The notes below the pieces were generated by a model. It saw only the letters and a program-made list of their open reading frames with translations. It did no database searches and was not told the DNA's origin. DNA of 64,000 nucleotides, taken from NCBI RefSeq assembly GCF_018977255.1, contig NW_024704743.1:74898001-74962000 (forward strand), read 5' to 3'. The position numbers were made by a program, and so were the translations under genes. This document shows, in pieces, positions 54,401-63,400 of the stretch (within the stretch, counting starts at the first letter, position 1; each line of letters opens with the position of its first letter). Origin of the DNA: Callorhinchus milii (taxonomy: Eukaryota).

Positions 54401-57400
54401 AGAAAATACTATTACTTGCTCATTTAATTCTATCCTAGATTCCAAAGGCTTTTGCAGCAAGCCTGCTGGACTACATAGGATCACAAGCTCAATATCTTCA
54501 CACTCTGATGGCTATGACTCAGACTGGGAAAGTGGAATCTGATCAGCATGGAGACAGGTTAAGGCGGGCTGAAATGGCCTTAGAAGCCTTGCGTAATGTC
54601 ATCAAGAACAACCCAGGTCAGTGTCCTGAATGGTGATTGGCAATATACAGTAAGTAGAAATCTTATTGAAGGGATTCTTATTCCAATATACTTAGATTGA
54701 TATATTTAGTGAGGGAGTGGTCACCTCCCCGTTCCCTCTCCCCCTAGCTTGGTGTCAGACTCCGCCACTGTCAAGCGCTCCGGGACCTACCCCGTGTTAA
54801 GGGTGCTATATAAATGCAAGTTGTTGTTGTACACAGAGAGGTACCATATGATAGGTGGAAGTTAGAAACAATTTTATTTGAGTACGAGAGAATATCTTTA
54901 CCTTTAACTCCATAGAGATGTGGTAAGGCTGACAGTTCTGCACAAAGTGTTGGACAACTACCACTACAAGTTATTCTAATCAAATGATTTGTTTATGCCT
55001 GGAACAAAAGCATTGTTTATACCTGGAACAAAAACGTTGCTCTACTGCCAGGAAACTTGTGTTCTTTCTGCACACAAAAAGCATCACTTGTTAGTTGTTG
55101 AAACATGTTGCAAAATCTGTTGATCTATCTCAATTTCTCTCGTGTGTAGGTTCCTATGCATTTTCTGAGTCAACTTGTACGATGTTTGCTCTCCATCTTC
55201 AATCTTTTTCTAATACTTAATGAATTGTTTTCCTCACATTAATGTTCTCTTTGTGAAAAATCTCAATCAAAACCCTTCCAGAATCTTTATCCAATAGGTC
55301 CAAAATTTTAGTATACCCATTAGAAAGGCATCCCCAGGTGATTTATGGATCAGCCACCAAGATAGCTTGTGTGGTATCTTAATATTAAATTTTTCCAGTT
55401 TTTAATTTTGGCTAACATTAATTTTGTAGGTGCTGAGTCAGAATGCACTGGTCATTTCAAGTTGATTTTCTCTCTCTTACGAGTGCATGGAGCTGGCCAG
55501 GTTCAACAACTAGCACTAGAGGTAAGTTTTGTTGCACACTGATGTTTTCTGTACTCGATCTTTATTTTCAGGCTGTCCTCTTATTGCAGCTAAGTAAATA
55601 GACAGCATCACCCTAGGATGCTTCCAATGTTGTTCTGAACTGGCCTCACATAAGCTAAATATGAGCATTATAGGTGTTCACCAGGGATCATATCCGGATA
55701 TTCTGGCCAAGTGCCTGAATGCCTGTTTAGAGCTGCCAAGTGCAGCGACCAAAGTGGAGGATGGAGCTTGCGTTATGCACTCTAAACACCAACCTGTGAA
55801 TAGCACTTTAGCTGTGCAGGTCTTCAGCAGTTTAATAGTGAATCTGTTGCTGTCTCAACTTGAAGCATCATCTCAGCAGTTTGTGAAACTTGTTTGTATT
55901 CGTCTGCAAAAAGGGCTTCTGAATGTGTTGCTGTTGTATTGCAGGTGGTGAATATAGTGACTGCCAACCAAGAATGTGTAACTAACATTGCTGACTCAAT
56001 GGTCCTTGCGAACCTTCTTATTCTGCTACATTCATTGCCAACCAGTAAGTACCTAATTTACAACAGATTTACTTTGTTCAAAAAGAATTGTATCAGTGCA
56101 GATTTACTTTTCACAAGCAAGTTAATTTGCTTTGGAAACCTACCATCACCTGTATTTAACTAAACAGCAGGTTCTTTTAGAAATGTTGGATGTTCTGTCT
56201 GTAATGGTAGGATGAGATACTCCTGATATTTTGGGTTTTAAATTTTTTATAAGCATTATTTTAGAAATCAATTTCATCCCTGACAAACTTGAAAGCATGT
56301 GGCTTACTGAAGCTCTTACTAATTTGACTTGGAGTCCTGTAGCTCAGTGGTTAGAGCACTTGCCTCGCAAGCGAGAGACCTGGGTTCGATTCATGGCAGG
56401 GTGAAACCTTGGGCAAGTTTCGTTACTCCACGCACCTGATAATAATCCCTCAAGAAAAAAAACAATAATAAATTGGTCACCTAATCCACGACTGTTTGTG
56501 GGCCACTGCTGTGCGCAATTGGCTGCCACGTTTTGCCCACAAATATACAGTCAGTTCACTTTACAGTATATTTTGTGAAGTGCTTTGAGACGTCTAGATG
56601 TGAAAAAGTGCTATATCAAATGCAAGGATTATTATTTTATTATTAAAGTTGCTAAATGTAAGGATGATTATCTGGCAATTTAGGGCCGACTTACTGAATA
56701 TTTTTCAATTATTGGAATTTGAGAAAAGTAATGGTTTGTGCCATTGGTCTAACCTTCACTGGTACCTGGCTCTCAAGTGAAAGGTAGAACAGTCTGTAGA
56801 TAAGAATTGTTCCATTATATACTGACTTATGGCTTTTGGTGTTGAGCACTATCTAATGTGTGTTTTTGGAAGTATTTAGAATTTATTTTTAACTAAACCA
56901 GCTGTCCTGCTTGACATTCAGAGCTTTTAATCAGTCACCTGGTGGGGCCAGAAGCTCCTGCATTTGACCTTTTTTTTCCTCCACAATTCTGTCCATCCGA
57001 CTGGAATATAGCATGACTTCTGTTTGATGCTCTCCATTCAAATGAGGTTAGATTCGAAATGGTAAATAACAGGATATTTTGTACATCAACATGTTTTTTT
57101 TTTTCTAGGTCGTCAACTTGTACTTGAAACACTTCATGCTTTGACATCAAATACAAAGATTATCAAAGAAGCCATGGGAAAAGGTAATGTTTGCTTTTCC
57201 AACTGCAAAATAAAAAATCACTTAATTGTGGAAAAGCTAACCAAAATCCAGTACAAGGCTTCAGTACTAACCCAAAGTGTAGTTCACTGTTAGAAGCAAA
57301 GCAGTCAAACAAGTTAAGCTGAGAAGTTGTGTTATAATAATGTATTTTGCAGGAGTTCAAAATATATGCGCATCAAAAGCTAGAGCTCACATCATGTCAG

Positions 57401-60400
57401 AAAATTGAATGATTGATGTTTGGATTACAATGAATTACAATTAGTCTTAATCTGAATTTTTCTGAGGATTTTGCATAACAAGATGAATCTAGAAGTAATA
57501 GTAAATCACATCTTTGGTACCAAATCTATTTGACAGCTTCCAGTTTCTCTTACAAAAGCAACATAATTTGCTTCTAGTCTTTTTAGGACTTGCAGTAAAT
57601 TAAATGAACCATTTTTAAAAAGTGGTTTAAAAGCTGCGTTATTCCATTTTTATTTCCATTTCCCTGATATTGAGTTTACTTGAGGATTTTTTAAACTTCT
57701 GATGTTGTGCAGTTCTAACATATTTGATGGCACATATCATCGGTTGTGCAATGAGTTGTACCCTTGTGTAAATTCAGCTGCAATTTTGATTACAACGAAG
57801 AAAGGATACCAGTGCTGTGAAGTAGTTTGACTTGTTTGCTTCTGTTGCTGAGGCTGAATTGCCAGGCAACAATGGAAGTAAGGTGTTTCCCAGCACGGAA
57901 CAAAAATTTGAAACCATGAATTGTTACAAATCTATTGCCATTCATTTAGATAAGCTTTGGTAGTTCTAAAATATCCTTAATTTGGGTGTTGTGTTCATTA
58001 CAATTGAGACCATTATTTGGGAGTCACTGATATGCTGATCCAGTGTCTCTAAGTCTAGACTCTTTACTAGTGGGGATAAGCAGTATGTGAGGTTCATACC
58101 ATCTATCAAATTAACATAGTTGCATACCCCTCAAATTGCTATTTTGTGTTTGTGTTGTACATGTTTGTTCGTTAAATGAACATCATAAGAATGCCATACT
58201 TGAGAATTCAACTGCTGTATTCTGCTTCTGCACAGGTGCTCTTATATATCTGCTGGACATGTTTTGTAACTCGACGAATCCCCAGGTTCGAGCACAGACT
58301 GCAGAATTGTTTGCCAAAATGATTACAGACAAACTTATTGGGCCAAAGGTATGTGATTCATAACAATATTTAATGAAATTGGATCAATCAGTGATAAACT
58401 ACAAGGCACCATTTGACATTAGTTTAGCCAAAAGATCCTGATCTTCTGTCTCAGTGTAAGAAAAACATGCTGCAGGACTTTGGATACTCTCAGAATATTA
58501 TCTCAATATCTACCTACAAAGAATGGAGTATGTGTGACAGATCACCCCACCCACAAGTAAATCCTATTGGTTATGGGTTGATGCCCCACTTCGGGCTTTG
58601 AGCTCATAGTCCAGGTTGACTCTCCAATTCGGTGCTTGGGGAGTACTGCGTTGTGGAAGATTTTGTGCTTTAGATGAGATGTTATACTCTGATCCCATAT
58701 GCCAGTTAAAATCCCATTGCATTTTTGAAAAAAAAGAAGACAATGTTTTCCTCTGTTCTGGCCAACAAACAAACCTCCAAATAAAAATGAGTATTCACTG
58801 CATGGCTGTTTGTGGAACACTTGTGTGCAAATTAACTGTCAAGTTCACCTATAAACATACATTCACCACACCCCACAGTAAAATCCCATGCAGTGTTTTG
58901 AGACAGTTCAACAGTGTGATGAGGCTCTATATCAAATGCAAGAATTATGTGAAGATGCTGCATAAATTGATACTCGGGGACATTGAACGCCCTTGCTCTC
59001 TGCCCCACCCCCTCGCCTGGGAAAATTCAACGATTCTGGGGTTGTATTGGTACTATCAAACATGAAGGATTTCGAATTAGGTGAGAGGATTCTACTACAT
59101 CCACTACTACTGCTTGAGCTAGTTTGAAGAGAGTACTTTAAATAGTTCCTGTATTGTAGCTAATTGGAATAAGAACAGATAAATGTGAGGTACTACATTA
59201 TAAAATAAAGAATAAGTGGAAGTAAATAAATTAAAATATTAAATATAGCCTGAATTGTCTCAATAGAGTTGAGGTTTCTGAGGGTACAAATCCATGCATC
59301 ACAAGGTAGGATCAGAAATCCATCAAGAAGGCAGATTGGATCCTGCGCTTTATAAATTAAATATCATTTTGGAAGATGAGTTCATTCAAAATGGAAGAAG
59401 CTCTCCATGACAGTTTTAAGTGCAAATCATTCAACTTGTATTTATTTATCACTGCAATGCAGTCAAATGCCTTTGTTACAGTTTCTTAATTTGTTTCAAT
59501 AACAATTGCACTCTTAGGTAAGAATTATATTGACCAAGTTTCTACCTGGTGTCTTCATGGATGCCATGAGGGACAACCCTGAAGCATCTGTGCAGATATT
59601 TGAGGGCACCCATGAAAATCCAGAGCTGATCTGGAATGAAAACTCCAGGGAGAAAGTGTCTACAACTGTTCAAGATATGATGCTCAAGTAAGAAGGCTAA
59701 CATATATTGGTTACCAAAACTCTTTACCTGATGCACTCTTATAGGAAAGTTTACACAATGTCATAAATCATGTAACTTAATTGATGCGCTCAATTTCAGG
59801 AAAGGCCATTCAATAACAGAATGGCCTCTTTCTGTCCCTATGTAACAAATTTCATGTTCAGATGTTTTTAAAGAATTATTGCAATGTATTGTGGAATGCT
59901 TGCACAAATAACAATAACATTTATTAAAAAAAAGTGTTAAAACTAAAATATTAGGAACCTATTTTATTTTAATGATGATGGCAGGCATTCTTACAAATTG
60001 AGGAATAACCAAATTTAATCGTCACGTATACATCCTACTGTAAGTTATGGTAATAAATTCATATGATTGCCTTAGGAACTACCTGTGTACTAGAGGAGTT
60101 TCTCAAACAAGTATGTAAACTGGGAGTTGTACATCTTACAACAACAACTTGCATTTCCATAGCACCCTCCACGCCAGCCGGTGTCTCAGAGCACTTAACA
60201 ATGGCAGAGGCCGAGCCAGGGGGAGAGGGAGGGGGAAGGTGACTGTACACACAGTCGAAGAGGAAGGTCTTCAGGCGCGGAAGAAGGGGGCGAGCTGAAG
60301 GGGTTGAAGGTGGGAGTTCCAAAGTTTCAGGGTGTAGTGGCTGAAGGCACGGCCACCGATAATGGAGCAGAGGATTCGGGGGATATGGAGGAGGCTGGAA

Positions 60401-63400
60401 TCAGTAGAGCAGATGCAGCGGGTACTGCTGTGGGGAGAGAGGAGGTTAGAGAGATTGGGGGTGCCAAGGAATGGAGGGATTTAAATATTAGAGTGAGGAT
60501 CTTGAAGTGTGTAACAGGGAGCCAGTGGAGTTTGACAAGGACTGGTGTAATCGGGGTATGAAGTTTGGTGCGGGTGAGAATGCGGGCGGCGGAGTTTTGA
60601 ATGAGCTGAATTTTGTGAATACCCCTAGGAGGGCTAGTAAGGAGTTTGTGCAAATTACATTTGAAGAACTTACATTAAGTCTAGTTGATGTCCTTTAATA
60701 AATCCTGGATTCATTCGGGAATATCTAAAGTTGAACTTTCCTTTTTTTAAAGCCACTTCAAGCAACAGCGTGATAATCCAGATGTGAATTGGAAGGTAAG
60801 ACTAAAGACAAAAATAGTAAACTGATGGATATTTCTTGTGATAGAATTTGTAAATGTAAATAACAGTGATGAACTCCCCAATGTCTCACAAATAGGAATA
60901 CAGTTATTGTGCCTAAGACTAATTTTGTTATTTTTTTGGTGGATTTGTGTTAAATTATGGAAATTAAAAATCATTGACTGGTAACCAAACTTCTTTTTGT
61001 GAAAATAATGCCATTATGCAATCAGAGGTGAATTTATTATAGCAAAGTTTTTTCGTTCTTTGTCTTTCATCTCGTTATCCAGAGAAAATTGATCTGATGG
61101 TGAAAATTGATTATAAATACTGGTCAACAGATTCCAAGATAACTGATGCATAAAATGTTTGTTTTAGCTGATTTGAAACTTGTATACAACAAGTTTCAAA
61201 TATTTTGACCCCAAAATAGTCATTCCATTTTACAGTATATCCTGTGAAGCGCTTTGATGTCTTGACGATGCAATGAGGCAATATATCAAATGCAAGGATT
61301 ATTATATTATTGCTTCATAATATAAGCAGTCATTAGATTTGTGATGGGTGGTGAAAGCTTTACCTTATCTATTGAAGTTTTTTTTAATGAGTGGGGTAAA
61401 CAGATTATCCACTAAACACCATATAGACATAATCCTCTTACAAAAGCAGCTAAGGTTTCAAGCACCTGCCTGTAATAATTTCCTTCCATTTCATGGAGGA
61501 TAGGATACATCAAAGTCGGGAGGATACATCAAAGTTCTTTACAGGATTTAACTGCAAAGCGTAGTGATTGTGTTTTGTAGGTGATTACTGCATATAAGAA
61601 TTTGCGTCCTAAATGGAAGGGAGAATCTCTCTTTTCTATGTCCAGATTAAATGTTGAGATTAAAAACCCCAAACTGAATGCACACTGTAGGTTCCAATTG
61701 CCACTAGAGGGAGCAGAAAATCATTCTCTTTCAATCAGTAAGTGGAACAATATTGTCTTGCTTTTTTTCTTCTCCGCCCCCGCCCCACACTTGACGTATT
61801 TCCTTGATGATGACTAATGAGTAAATTGTTGGGGCTGATTTAATGACCTTTGCTCAAATGTCTCTGAACAATGTAGTGAAATAGAGCATTGAACAATGTA
61901 GTTTGAAGCCAAGCCAGGGGGAAAGGGAAGGTGAGAGGAAAGTCTTCAGGTGAGATCTGAAGATGGGTAAAGAGGGAGCAAGGTGGAGGGATTGAGGCAG
62001 AAATTTACAGAGGTCTGGAATAAAAGTGATTAAGCCACACTCTGCCTGTTTGGGTGGACAAAGATCACTTGATACTATTTGAAAAGCGAAGGGAATTTCT
62101 CCAGGAGTCCTGGCCATCGATCCAAGATTAATCGGTCATTCAACTCATGGCTGTCTTTGCAACATTACTGTGCAAAAATTGCTGTCATGCTTTCATTTGA
62201 TTTAGCCTTCAAGCACTTCAAGTAGATTAAATGTATTTTTGGGTAATATATTGATACCAAAATGCATGATTTTTTTCTTCAGTTACCTGAGGACTTTGCT
62301 GTAGTGTTTGGTGAAGTTGGAGGAGAACTCTCTGTTGGAGGGGTCTTCTTGAGGATCTTTATTGTACAACCTGGTTGGGTTCTTCGAAAACCTCGTGAAT
62401 TTCTCGTTGCATTGATGGAGAAACTTACAGAGCTGCTGGAAGCGAATAATCCACATGTAAGTGCTTCAGTGGAAATATGGCCATCAGAAAAATGTCAGTT
62501 GATTAAAATGTGTGAGTAATAACCACAGCATTAATTGCATGGGCTGTTTGTGAAATTGGAGAATCACGTTGACCCAAAGAGAATGTTCCAATCTACAGGT
62601 TAAACATATGAATCAATGCAGAAATGAAAGACTAATTGCATATTTTCTTCTCTTCTCTCTTCCCCTTCCCTTCAAAGGGTGAAACCTTAGAAACCGTTAC
62701 CACAGCAACAGTCTGCCTCTTTTATTCCCAGCCTCAGCTAGCAGACCAAATACCTCCATTAGGCCACCTTCCTAAAATTATTCAAGCTCTCAACCATAAA
62801 AACACTGCCATCCCCAAGTCATCGATCCGGGTGATCCATTCTCTCGCTGACAATGAGGTAAAATTTTGCTGTGTTACAATGTTGCACATTTTATTCTGAA
62901 TTTAGAGCTTTACCTGGACCTTTAAAAGTTGGATCCACTGTTGCAGAATGATGTTGAACAGCATAGTTGCTCCTGAACCTTCGATAAATCGTTTGTTCCA
63001 TGAGAATACTTGACTTGACTTAAGGGTTTAAAACTTTCAGTGGTGAATTCACTCAAAGTTCAGTAATCCTTTTTAAAGACATGCACCATCATGATGTCCA
63101 GAACAGTCCCTTTGCTGCTTTAAATTAACTGAAAACTTGCTTTATGTTATAACATTTTGTCCAGTCTGAGATTTAATTTACTAACCACTGCAGCCTTTGT
63201 TTCCCTCTGGAAGAGAGCACCAGCTGGTGAGTTTAGAATACTCCTGCAAGATCAGCCTTTATGTTAAACTCTCTGCACTATTGTTGAATCTTTAAACTCT
63301 CCATAAATTATGTATTCTTTGAGTTAGTTTCTTCACATGGCCTTAACTTCTGCAGCTTGTCTGGCCTGAGCTTTCAAGTGTTGATTCAGTCAGATGCAAG

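Noticed and set aside
54989..55036. 24-bp tandem duplication (similar case near 61500-61535)
   Set aside because: Ordinary replication-slippage duplications
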